This document shows positions 50,083 through 59,979 of a DNA stretch of 64,000 bases, piece by piece. Positions within the stretch are counted from its first letter, which is position 1. Each line of letters opens with the position of its first letter. Below the pieces are notes generated by a model. That model had not been told where the DNA came from. It worked only from the letters and a program-made list of their open reading frames with translations, and did not search any database. A program made the position numbers and the translations under genes. Origin of the DNA: an uncultured Actinomycetes bacterium (GTDB taxonomy: Bacteria; Actinomycetota; Actinomycetes; Streptosporangiales; Streptosporangiaceae). The stretch covers positions 65,718-129,717 of the forward strand of contig CAVSCM010000021.1 in assembly GCA_963726415.1 (NCBI GenBank), read 5' to 3'.

Positions 50083-52267
50083 ATGACCATGGGACGCCGA
50101 ACCGAGACCAGGCCGCAGCCGCGCCGCCGGGGACTATCAAGCGGGCATCCTGTGGTGCGCATCGTGGTCGTGTGGCTGTTCACCGGGGCGGTGTTCGTCC
50201 TGCTCGGCTGGCTGCTGCCGGGCCTGACGGTGACCGGCGCTGGCGCCGCGCTTGCGGCGGCGGCGCTGCTTGGCCTGATCAACGCACTGGTCTGGCCGGT
50301 CTTCGCCTACCTCGCGTTGCCGCTCGCCGTGCTCACCCTTGGCCTCGCGGCCATCGTGCTCAACGGCGCGGCGGTCGTCATCGTCGCCTACCTCCTGCCG
50401 GGCATCGACGTGCGCGACTGGGGGACCGCGATCGCCGTCGCGCTGGTGCTCGCCGTGGCCAACACCATGCTGACCGGCTTGCTGACCCTGGACGACGAGG
50501 ATGTCTACTACCGCCGGATCATCCGCCGCGCGGCCCGCCGGATCCGGCCGGAGGGCGCCACCGACATTCCCGGGGTGCTGTTCATCCAGATCGACGGGCT
50601 CGGGACTGGCCGTCCTGCGGCGGGCCCTCCGCGATGGCAACGCCCCGACGCTGGCCCGCTGGCTCGCATCGGGCAGCCACCGGCTGCTCGGCTGGGAGAC
50701 CGGATGGTCGTCCCAGACCGGTGCCAGCCAGTGCGGGATCCTGCACGGCAGCACGTTCGACATCCCGGCCTTCCGGTGGCTGGAGAAGGAGACCGGCACC
50801 AGGCTCGTCAGCAACCACCCGCGCTCGGCAGCGGAAATCGAGCGGCGTCACTCGGACGGGCGGGGCCTGCTGCACGCCGACGGGGTCGGCCGGGGGAACC
50901 TCTACACCGGCGACGCCGCGCAGAACATCCTGACGATGAGCGTCGCCGGGCGCAGGCGGGGCCGGGTCGGCCAGGGCTACTACGGGTACTTCGCCGACCC
51001 CTACAACACCCTGCGCACGCTGGCCGGGTTCGTCGCCGAAATCATGCGGGAACTCGTGCAGGCCTCCCGGCAGCGGCGCCACGACGTCCGCCCGCGGGTG
51101 CGCCGCGGCGGCCTGTACCCGTTCCTGCGGGCCTTCGCCACGGTGGTGACCCGCGACCTGACCACCCAGACGCTCATCGGCGACCTGTACGTCGGCCGTT
51201 CGGTCATCTACGCCGACTTCGTCGGGTACGACGAGGTCGCGCACCATTCAGGCCCCGAACGCTACGACGCCCTGGACACCCTTCGCCGGCTCGACCGGGA
51301 TCTCGGGCGGCTGGAGCGCGCCGCCGCGAACGCGCCGCGCCCCTACCGGTTCGTCGTGCTGTCCGACCACGGCCAGAGCCAGGGGACCACGTTCGAGGAC
51401 CGGTACGGGTGCAGCCTCGGCGACCTGGTCCGTGACGCGATGCAGGAAGGGACGGTGACCGAGATCGGCGCCGCGCGGGTCGCGGGGGAGGAGTCCTGGG
51501 GATATGCCGGTGCCGCCGCGGCCGACGTGACCTCACAGGACAGCCGGGTCGGCAGGGCGCTGCAGCGCGCTCTGCGCGACCGTCGCGAAACCGGTCCGCG
51601 CCGCGCCGTCCCGGGATCCGATGCCGCGCCCGTGGGCGAGAGCCCGCCCGCAGGCGGTACCGCGGCCGACCCGGGCACCCTGCGGCAGGAGCGCGATGCC
51701 GCACCGGCCGGCGGCCCGGCGGAGGCGGTCGTGCTGGCCTCGGGCAACCTCGGCCTGGTCTACCTGACCGAACAGGCCGGACGGTTGTCCCTGGAGGAGA
51801 TCGGCAAAAGGTACCCCCGGTTGATACCGGCGCTCAGCGCCCATCCCGGGGTCGGGTTCATCCTGGTCCGCTCGGACGAGGACGGCCCGGTCGTGATCGG
51901 CCGTGACGGCCGCCAGGTGCTGCAAACCCAGACCGTGGCCGGCCAGGACCCGCTGGAGCCGTTCGGTGCCTCGGGCCGCTGGCAGGTGCTGCAGACGGAT
52001 TCCTACCCGCACTGCGCCGACATCATGGTCAATTCGATGTGGGATCCGCAGACCGAGGAGGTGGCGGCGTTCGAGCACCTGGTGGGGTCGCACGGCGGGC
52101 TCGGCGGGGAGCAGACCCACCCGTTCGTGCTGTACCCGGCCGGCCTGCCCGCCCCGGCCGGCCCGATTCGCGGCGCGGACGAACTCCACCAGGTGTTCCG
52201 CGGCTGGCTGGCCCACCTCGGCCACGAGGCCTTCGCCGAGCACCAGCCCGAACGCCTCGCGGAATAA
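50083..52267 (+). pseudogene. alkaline-phosphatase/phosphodiesterase-family protein with an N-terminal holin-like TM domain; single 1-nt insertion frameshift near 50607
   Basis: N-terminal 4-TM region, then GVLFIQIDGLG | LAVLRRAL.. continues in the +1 frame for 580 aa. Confidence 0.6.
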
Positions 52268-52488
52268 GCCGTTGAGCGGCGCGGACCGCCGCGCCTATAG
52301 TGAGGCGCATGAAGGTCGGCCTTACCTGCACCGCGCGAGCTACCAGCCCGCCGGTTGCCGCTGCCTGACCTCAATCTCCTCACACACGCTGGCGACCGGG
52401 AACGGTCCGCCGGTGCGTGCTGCCCGTTTTGCCTTGTGGCCGTGCCAGCGGTCCCTTCCCGGTCCCATACCGAGAACGGATCCACGCC

Positions 52489-53652
52489 ATGAACGTGACC
52501 GAGACGACCACTACGTTCCTTGAGTTCTTCACAGACCGCGGCCATCGGGTGCTCCGCGGCAGTTCCCTGGTGCCACCCGGCGGTGACCCGGTGCTGTTCA
52601 CCACCTCGGGGATGCACCCGCTGACCCCTTACCTGGAGGGCCTGCCTCACCCGCAGGGCAGGCGGCTGACCAGCGTGCAGCGCTGCGTGCGCACGACCGA
52701 TCTTGCCGAGGTCGGCGATGACCGGCACCTGACCGTGTTCCAGATGCTCGGCTCCTGGTCGCTGGGCGACTACGAAGGGCCGCAGTCCCTGCGCTGGGGC
52801 TACCAGTTGCTCGTCGAGGGCCTGGGCATCGGCAGGGACCGGCTGCATGCGACCGTGTTCGGCGGTGACAACCAGGTAGGCCCGGACCTCCGGTCGCTGG
52901 ACACCTGGGCCGAACTGGGCGTGCCGGTGGAGCTGACCACCGAAGAAAACTGGTGGTCCAACGGCCCGACCGGCCCGTGCGGCCCCGATTCGGAGATCTT
53001 CTTCTGGACCGGTGACGGCCGGCCACGGGGCACCCCGGGCACCGACGAGCACTGGATGGAACTGTGGAACCACGTGTCGATGCGCTATCGGCGGCACGAC
53101 GACGGGCACCTTGAACCGCTGCCGCAGCGCAACGTGGACACCGGCATGGGCCTGGAGCGGCTGCTGATGGTCCTGCAGGGCAAGCCGTCGGTGTTCGACT
53201 GCGACGTCTTCCAGCCGTGGACCAGCACACTGGCGGGCTTGTGGCAGCCCGGCCAGCACTCGATGCGCGTGCTCGCCGACCACCTGCGCGCCAGCGTCGT
53301 GATCATCGGCGACGGTGTCAGGCCGTCAAACACCGGCCGCGGCTACGTGCTGCGGCGGCTGCTACGGCGCGCGCTGACCGTGCTCTGGCGTGCCGACAGC
53401 ACCAGGACGCTGGGCGACCTGCCGCCCTCGCTGCTCGACCACACCCTGGCGCAGTTCGGGCAGCCCACGGGCAGCGGCCCGGTCGGCGAGGTGCTCAGGT
53501 CCGAGGAGCGCCGGTTCGCGGGCCTGCTGACGCGCGGGCGCAAGGTGCTGGCGCAGTTCGGCTCCGGCCGCTCGCTGACCGAGGTGGACCTGGCGTACCT
53601 GCACGAAACACACGGCCTGCCGCCGGACCTGGTGGCCGAACTGCTCGCTTGA
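52489..53652 (+). CDS. stand-alone alanyl-tRNA synthetase catalytic (class IIc N-terminal) domain paralog; lacks tRNA-binding, editing and C-Ala domains
   Basis: FLEFFTDRGHRVLRGSSLVPPGGDPVLFTTSGMHP and DTGMGLERLL AlaRS motifs; 387 aa. Confidence 0.8.
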   Translation: MNVTETTTTFLEFFTDRGHRVLRGSSLVPPGGDPVLFTTSGMHPLTPYLEGLPHPQGRRLTSVQRCVRTTDLAEVGDDRHLTVFQMLGSWSLGDYEGPQSLRWGYQLLVEGLGIGRDRLHATVFGGDNQVGPDLRSLDTWAELGVPVELTTEENWWSNGPTGPCGPDSEIFFWTGDGRPRGTPGTDEHWMELWNHVSMRYRRHDDGHLEPLPQRNVDTGMGLERLLMVLQGKPSVFDCDVFQPWTSTLAGLWQPGQHSMRVLADHLRASVVIIGDGVRPSNTGRGYVLRRLLRRALTVLWRADSTRTLGDLPPSLLDHTLAQFGQPTGSGPVGEVLRSEERRFAGLLTRGRKVLAQFGSGRSLTEVDLAYLHETHGLPPDLVAELLA

Positions 53653-53688
53653 CTTCCACTCTGCCCTGTGGGGCGGAGTTCCCGTCTG

Positions 53689-54972
53689 TCACGCCGCGTC
53701 CCGGTGTGAGATCGGGTGGGTTCCTGCTTCACCGCGCTGTGCCGGAACGGGTTCCGGTCTTACCTGCGCTCCACAGGCTGTCACCGCCAGCCCGGCGGCC
53801 CTGGCGACGTTGACCGCCGCGTTGATGTCCCGGTCCAGCCACGCCCCGCACGATGGGCACCGCCAGGCGCGCACGGCAGCAGCTTAGGGGCGTCCTTCAC
53901 CCCGCACGCCGAGCACGTCTGCGAGGTCGGAATGAACCGGCCGATCCGGTGGAACCCCGGCCGTGCAGCCGGGCCTTGTACTCCAGCATGCCCACGAACG
54001 ACGACCACCCGGCGTCGTGGACCGACTTGGCCAGCCGGGTGCGGGCCAGCCCGTTGATCGCCAGGTCCTCGACGGCGACCGCTTGGTTGTCGCGGATCAG
54101 CGCCATGGACAACTGGTGGTGAAAGTCGCGCCGGGCATCGGCCACCTTCGCGTGCGCGCGGGCGACCTTGAGCCGGGCCTTCTCCCGGTTCGCCGGGCCT
54201 TTCTGCTTGCGGGACAGTCCCCGCTGCCTGCGCTTGAGCAGCCGTTCCGCCCGGCGCAGGAACTTCGGTGCCGCGATCTTCCGGCCGTCGGACAGGACGG
54301 CGAAGTGCGACAGCCCCAGGTCGATGCCCACAGTTGAGCCCGTCGCGGGCAGGGCCGCCGCGGTGGTCTCAATGACGAAGCTGGCGAAGTACCGGCCTGC
54401 CGAGTCCATGATCACGGTGACGCTGGACGGCTCGGATGGCAGGGGCGCGACCAGCGGACCGGCAGGTCCCCGATCTTCGGCAGCCGCAGCTTCCCGTTGG
54501 GCAGCACCTTGAACCGGGCGTTGGCGGTGAACCGGATCGCCTGCCGATGGTTCTTGCGGGACCGGAACCGGGGCTTGGCCACCTTCGGCCCCTTACGCTT
54601 CCCGTTGAGGGAGGCGAAGTAGTTCCGGTAGGCGGTGTTCAGGTCCGCGAGGGCCTGCTGGAGCGCCACCGACGACACCTCGCCCAGCCACGCCCGCTCC
54701 GGCGTCTGCTTAGCTACCGTCAGCCAGGCCGATAACTGCGCATCGGTGACGTAGGGCAAGCCGGCCTCATGCGCAGCCTCCCGCACGGCCAGCGCATCGT
54801 TGAACACGACCCGGGCGCAGCCGAACGCCTTGGCCAGCGCCTGCCGATGGCGCGGGGCTGGGTCAAGACGGTAGTTGTACCGGAGCTGCATATTGAAAGC
54901 ATATTCGAATTCATAGCCAAATACACCGATATCCGCACTGGCAGGCACCACGTGTTTCTTCTGCATGCTCAC
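53689..54972 (-). pseudogene. tnpB: TnpB (IS605 OrfB, RNA-guided nuclease family) in 3 frames
   Basis: N-terminal MQLRYNYRLDP..; middle GIDLGL..; C-terminal CPSCGAWLDRDINAAVN zinc finger. Confidence 0.65.
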
Positions 54973-54980
54973 TTGGTTTT

Positions 54981-55330
54981 GTGATCAAGTACCGGCACCG
55001 GGTGTTCAGCACGGCGCACCTGAACGGGACAGAGCCGATCATGCGAGAGGTGTGCGCGGATTCGGGTGCGAGCTGGCCGAGTTCAACGGCGAAGCCGAAC
55101 ACGTGCACCTGCTGGTCAACTTCCCGCCCACCGTGGCGATCTCCCGCCTGGTCAACCGCCTCCAAGGCGTGTCGTCCCGGCGGCTGCGGCAAAAGTTCCC
55201 CGACCTGCGCAGGCACTGCTGGCAGGCGAAACGGCTATGGTCCGGGTCGTACTTCGCCGGATCCGTGGGCGGCGCCCGATCACCGTTCTGCACCAGTACA
55301 TCGAGCACCAGAACCACCCGCCCGGACCAG
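54981..55330 (+). pseudogene. tnpA: TnpA (IS200-like Y1 transposase) with frameshifts
   Basis: IKYRHRV.. / AEHVHLLVNFPP..SGSYFAGSVGGA / ITVLHQYIEHQ in successive frames. Confidence 0.5.
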
Positions 55331-55401
55331 CCCATGCCCAGCTGCCTTCACCAACCGGCCTGAAAGCCCGCGCACCGGCGGCCACCTTGATAGCCGGCCG
55401 C

Positions 55402-55971
55402 TCAGGTTGATGTGTTGAGGACTTTACGCATCACCGGGCGATCGGGCTGCCGCCGGGCCACCACCTGGAACCCGTGCTGGGCAAACACGGACGCGACGCC
55501 CAGGAATAGGTTCCGGGTGTGGCCCGGCACCGTGGTGTCGACGGGGTAGGCCTCGAGCGCAGGGGCGTCGGCCGAGCTCGCCACGCCGACGGCCGCCTCG
55601 ATCAGCGTTCCCATCACGCTCCGGCCGCGATAGGTGCGCCGTACGTAGAAGCAGGGCACCGACCACACGGGCAGGTCATCCACCGGCCGGAAGTACCGGC
55701 CACGGGCCAGCCAGCCCAGGTCGGCACGCGGGGCAAGCTCGCACCACCCGACGGCGGTGTCACCGTCGAAGGCGAGCAGGCCCGGCGCTGGCCCGGCCCG
55801 CGTGAGCCGTTCCAGGTCGCGCTTGTTGTCTTCGCGCGGCCGTTCCCGGTAGCGCGGGCCGATTCGCCAGTACATGCACCAGCACCCATTCGACGCCCCG
55901 CTCCTCCCAAACAGGTCCTCCAGCGCTGGCCATTGCTCGCTGGTCAACGGTCTGACGGTGAGGTCCATCAC
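55402..55971 (-). CDS. GNAT-family N-acetyltransferase
   Basis: GNAT fold pattern with CWCMYWR and acetyl-CoA-binding-like region. Confidence 0.7.
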   Translation of the reverse strand: MMDLTVRPLTSEQWPALEDLFGRSGASNGCWCMYWRIGPRYRERPREDNKRDLERLTRAGPAPGLLAFDGDTAVGWCELAPRADLGWLARGRYFRPVDDLPVWSVPCFYVRRTYRGRSVMGTLIEAAVGVASSADAPALEAYPVDTTVPGHTRNLFLGVASVFAQHGFQVVARRQPDRPVMRKVLNTST

Positions 55972-55986
55972 CCCGGTATCCTTTCC

Positions 55987-56361
55987 CTACAGGCGCAGGG
56001 CGTCCACAATCAGCACCGCGAGCGCAAGCGAGGTGAACAGCAGGTAGGCGAAGAGCGCCCGGCCACGGTCGCCGTAGCGCAATTGCCGGGACAGTACCCA
56101 GCCGAAGGCCGCGGCCTCCAGCCCACCGCCGGCGACGCCGGCCGCGGGCAGGAACAGGCCGGTGATGACCGCGGCGCTGCCGGCCAGGTGCACGGCGCCG
56201 AGCAGCGACGCGACCCACAGGTTCCGGCCTTCGAGCAGCCCGAGCCGGGTGAGCTGGTCCAGCCGGGTCAGCCCGGCGCGGGCCCGGGTCAGCCCGGCGA
56301 CCGCGGATGGCACCGTTTCCAGCAGCAGCAACACCGTCAGCACGACCGCAAGCACGAACAT
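55987..56361 (-). CDS. DoxX-family membrane protein
   Basis: 124 aa with 3-4 TM helices. Confidence 0.65.
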   Translation of the reverse strand: MFVLAVVLTVLLLLETVPSAVAGLTRARAGLTRLDQLTRLGLLEGRNLWVASLLGAVHLAGSAAVITGLFLPAAGVAGGGLEAAAFGWVLSRQLRYGDRGRALFAYLLFTSLALAVLIVDALRL

Positions 56362-56496
56362 CGGCGCTGCTTTCCCGCGGCGCCAATGGTAGGAGAGCGG
56401 TGCGACGGAACGCGTCAGCTATAGCCGGGTCGCGCCGGGCGCCATGTCGTAGGAGGACTCGACGTCGAGTTGTTCCTCTTGATTGAACGGATCGCG

Positions 56497-57225
56497 TCAA
56501 TCCTTGATGCGGCCGCCGCGCCAGGTGGGCAGCGCCCGCTGGCCGATAGCGGTGTCGAAGGCGGCGCTGGCCAGCAGCCGGGTTGAGTCGAGCACCGGCA
56601 GGGGAGCGGCGTCGGGCGGCACCAGCAGCGGTATCTCGGTGCACACCAGGCCCACCGCATCACATCCCCGCACCGCCAGCCGGTCAATGATCCGGGCGTA
56701 TTCCTGGCGCGCGCGATCGGTGAAAACGCCGTTCACCAGTTCGGCGAGGATGATCTCGTGCAGGACGGCGCGGTCCTCACCGGCTGGCAGTTCGGTGGCT
56801 ATCCCCCGGGCAGCGAGGGCCCGGGGATAGACCGGGCCGTCCATGGTGTACTTCGTGCCGAGCAGGCCGACCCGCCGATGACCGTTGCGAGCGGCCCGCT
56901 CGGCCACCACCTCGGCGATGTGCAGGCCCGGCAGCGCCAGGCTGGGCCCTGGCTGTTCGAGGGCAAGATGCGCGGTGTTGTCCGGGCAGGCGAAGAAGTC
57001 GGCGCCCGCCCGGGCGAGCCGCTGCACGCTGACCGACAGCGCCGCACGGACCGCCTTGAGGTCGCCCCGCTCCCATGCGGGCAGGCTGCGGGCTAGCGCG
57101 ATGCAGTCCAGGGTCACGTCCGGATGCTCATGGGGGCCCAGCGCGCTGGCGCCCTGCTGACAGAAGACCCGGAAGCACAGCGCGGCCCCCTCCGGGGTGG
57201 TCGCAAGAATGCCAAGGTGCCTCAC
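56497..57225 (-). CDS. aspartate/glutamate racemase-family protein
   Basis: Two-cysteine racemase fold pattern (FFACPDNTAH; GLVCTEIPLL). Confidence 0.8.
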   Translation of the reverse strand: MRHLGILATTPEGAALCFRVFCQQGASALGPHEHPDVTLDCIALARSLPAWERGDLKAVRAALSVSVQRLARAGADFFACPDNTAHLALEQPGPSLALPGLHIAEVVAERAARNGHRRVGLLGTKYTMDGPVYPRALAARGIATELPAGEDRAVLHEIILAELVNGVFTDRARQEYARIIDRLAVRGCDAVGLVCTEIPLLVPPDAAPLPVLDSTRLLASAAFDTAIGQRALPTWRGGRIKD

Positions 57226-57474
57226 GATGGCACCAGCGCTTCCGTCGGCGCCAGATGAGCAACGGATCGAGCAGGATTCCCTGTATTTTCACTCGTTAAT
57301 ATAGCCCGCGACCTGCTGGCCACTGTCATCCAGGTGCCCGCCCAATGCGTCGTCTTTATGGGATGACTTCGGTCATTCGTCACGGTGCGCCTCTGGTTCG
57401 GTTCGTCGGCAGGACCAGATAATCATTCTGCTGCTGTCGGGAGTGGCGGGTAATCCCTAGGAGGTAGCAGGTAA

Positions 57475-59934
57475 ATGGGGAGCGGTCGATCAGCAATGGG
57501 GCTGGTTGCGACGTTGGGGGCTCTCGCGCTGGTGCCGTCGGCGGTGCTGGGTGCCGGTGCTGGCCGCGCTGATGCCTCGACGTGTGGCTCATTGAACCGC
57601 GGGTCAGGCGCGTCGGCCCCGGCCGGCGCGCTTACCGGTGCCAGCGTCGTGTCCGCGAGCCAGACCTGGGCCGTCGGCGACCTCAGCTCTCAGGGGAGCG
57701 CGAACCGGACCCTGATCGAGCGTTACAACGGGTCGGCATGGTCGGTCGTCGCTTCTCCGAATAAGGGCAGCGGGAATAACGCCCTCAATGGCGTTTCGAT
57801 GATCTCCGGTGCGGGATGGGCGGTCGGATACACGCAGTCCGGGCCATATCAGCCGCTGGCGTTGCATTGGAACGGAACGCAGTGGTCGCTGGTCGCGCCC
57901 GGGAGTTCCACCAGCGACGCGCTCTTCACCGGCGTTGACACCCTGGCGAACGGAAGCGCCTGGGCGGTCGGTTTCCAGCTCACGGCCAACGGGACGCGGC
58001 ACACGCTGATTCAGCACGCCTCGGGCGGGGCGCTGACCACAGTCACGAGCCCCAATGACGGGACTGCCGCAACGGATAACACGCTCATGGGTGTCGGTGG
58101 GACGCAGGCGACCGGCCTGTGGGCCGTCGGCTATCGGATGAGCTCAAGCGGGCTGAAGCCGCTCGTGCTGCGCTACGACACGACCAAGTCCTCGCCCAAG
58201 TGGGTCTCGGTGAGCGGTGCGGGCGGCGTGCCGTCGCCGGGCAAGGTCGAGTCGGTCCTGACCGGGGTCAGCGTGCTGTCGGCAAGCAACGTCTGGGCCG
58301 TGGGCTACTACAACGACGGCAGCGCCGAGCGGCCGCTGGCGTTGCACTGGAACGGCAGCAAGTGGAGTAACTCGCCGATTGCCGGCGAGGGGGCGCTGCG
58401 GAAGGTAACGGCGGTTTCAGCAAGCAATGTGTGGGCGGCCGGCACCTACTACAACGCGAGCACGCAGCTCAACGAGACGCTCGTGGTGCATTTCAACGGG
58501 ACGGCATGGACAACGGCGGTCTCGGCCGACGCCCCGACGGCCGCCGACGAGATCATCGGCCTTGCCGCCAGCTCAACGGGGTCGAGCCTGATCCTGGTGG
58601 GCCGGGAGGGCCCGAACGAACTTGTCGAACAGGCGAACTGCGCCTCCGGGCCCGTCTCGCTGCCCACCCGGGCGCCCGCGCCCGTTCCCCCGGTGCCAGC
58701 CGTTCCTGGCGTCGGCCCCGCGCCGACCCCGCCGCCGCCGACACCCCCCGCGACGACCCCGATCCCGGTCATCATCACCGACCAGGCGGCGGCAGCGGGC
58801 ATCAGCAGCCCGGTGGACTGGACCTTCAGCGCGTCAATTGCCGATTTCAACGGGGATGGCTGGCCGGATATATTCGTGGCGCGCCACTGGCATCCAGCCA
58901 ACCTGTGGATCAACAATAAGAACGGCACGTTCAGCCCGATTGATGTCAGCTTCTTCAGTTCCATAATCGACCGGCACGATTGCCAGGCCGCTGATTTCAA
59001 CCAGGACGGCAAGGAAGACATATTCTGCAGCGTCGGGGCCGATCGCGGCTCCGCGGTGAAGTCGAATGCGCTTTTCATCCAGCAGTCCGGCCAGACGTTC
59101 GTCAACGACGCCTACCAGTGGAACGTGTCCGACCCGTGGGGGCGCGGCCGGTACGGCGCCGCCTTGGACGCGAACAACGACGGCTTCCCGGACATCTTCT
59201 ACGGCACGGAGTCGCTCCGCCCGGACGGCATGCCGTCCATGGACCGGTTCTACATCAACTCCGGGCACGGCTCCTTTGTCGACGACCCGGCCATGGGGCT
59301 CGATCTCGAGCTCGGATCGCTGTGCGCGCACACCGTCGACTACAACAGCGACGGGTGGCCGGACCTGCTGGTCTGCGGGGAAGAGGGCGGCCTCCACCTG
59401 TTCGAGAATGAGCAGGGCCATGGCTTCAAGGATGTGTCCTCGATCCTCGGTGCCCCGGTCAACGCGGTGGACGCCGCCATGGTCGACGTCAACCACGACA
59501 ACCGCCCCGATCTCATCACGCTCACCAGGAACCAGCTTGCCGAGCGCCTCCAGAACGCCAACGGGACGTTCGGCGCGCCGAAGACTCTCCTCACGCTGAA
59601 GGGCGGGGTGTCGCTCGCGGTGGGCGACGTCAACGGCGACAACAACCCGGACATCTACGTCGTCGGCGGCACGGTCGCGGGCCAGAACGCGCCGGACTTC
59701 CTGCTGCTCGGCAACGCCAAGGGCGGCTTCACCTCGATGAAGATCCCTGAGGCAACCACCGGCGGTGGCACCCGTGCCTACCCGATCGACTACACCAAGG
59801 ACGGCCTGAGTTCCTTCCTGGTGCTTAACGGGCAGGTTCCTAGCAAGGGCCCGCTCCAGCTTCTTACGCCGCAGCCGTCGTCATCGGGCCTGCTCACCCG
59901 GACGGTCTCGTTCCGCAGCGGCGCCGCGCGGTAG
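57475..59934 (+). CDS. large secreted protein: signal peptide, 6-bladed WAVGY beta-propeller-like N-terminal domain, Pro-rich linker, C-terminal FG-GAP/VCBS repeats
   Basis: 6 repeats containing WAVG(Y/F) and WNGS.WS; 6 DxNxDGxxDI calcium-binding FG-GAP-like motifs; GGAGG RBS. Confidence 0.8.
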   Translation: MGSGRSAMGLVATLGALALVPSAVLGAGAGRADASTCGSLNRGSGASAPAGALTGASVVSASQTWAVGDLSSQGSANRTLIERYNGSAWSVVASPNKGSGNNALNGVSMISGAGWAVGYTQSGPYQPLALHWNGTQWSLVAPGSSTSDALFTGVDTLANGSAWAVGFQLTANGTRHTLIQHASGGALTTVTSPNDGTAATDNTLMGVGGTQATGLWAVGYRMSSSGLKPLVLRYDTTKSSPKWVSVSGAGGVPSPGKVESVLTGVSVLSASNVWAVGYYNDGSAERPLALHWNGSKWSNSPIAGEGALRKVTAVSASNVWAAGTYYNASTQLNETLVVHFNGTAWTTAVSADAPTAADEIIGLAASSTGSSLILVGREGPNELVEQANCASGPVSLPTRAPAPVPPVPAVPGVGPAPTPPPPTPPATTPIPVIITDQAAAAGISSPVDWTFSASIADFNGDGWPDIFVARHWHPANLWINNKNGTFSPIDVSFFSSIIDRHDCQAADFNQDGKEDIFCSVGADRGSAVKSNALFIQQSGQTFVNDAYQWNVSDPWGRGRYGAALDANNDGFPDIFYGTESLRPDGMPSMDRFYINSGHGSFVDDPAMGLDLELGSLCAHTVDYNSDGWPDLLVCGEEGGLHLFENEQGHGFKDVSSILGAPVNAVDAAMVDVNHDNRPDLITLTRNQLAERLQNANGTFGAPKTLLTLKGGVSLAVGDVNGDNNPDIYVVGGTVAGQNAPDFLLLGNAKGGFTSMKIPEATTGGGTRAYPIDYTKDGLSSFLVLNGQVPSKGPLQLLTPQPSSSGLLTRTVSFRSGAAR

Positions 59935-59979
59935 GTATCTGCGACAGCGACCAGACATCCAGCTAGGAAGGTGGTCACC

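Larger units (their letters stand above)
53689..55335. mobile_element. IS200/IS605-family insertion sequence remnant (divergent tnpB and tnpA, both frameshifted)
   Basis: TnpB OrfB_IS605 N-terminal, RuvC-like and zinc-finger pieces on the minus strand; TnpA Y1 HuH pieces (HVHLLV, SGSYFA) on the plus strand. Confidence 0.7.
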
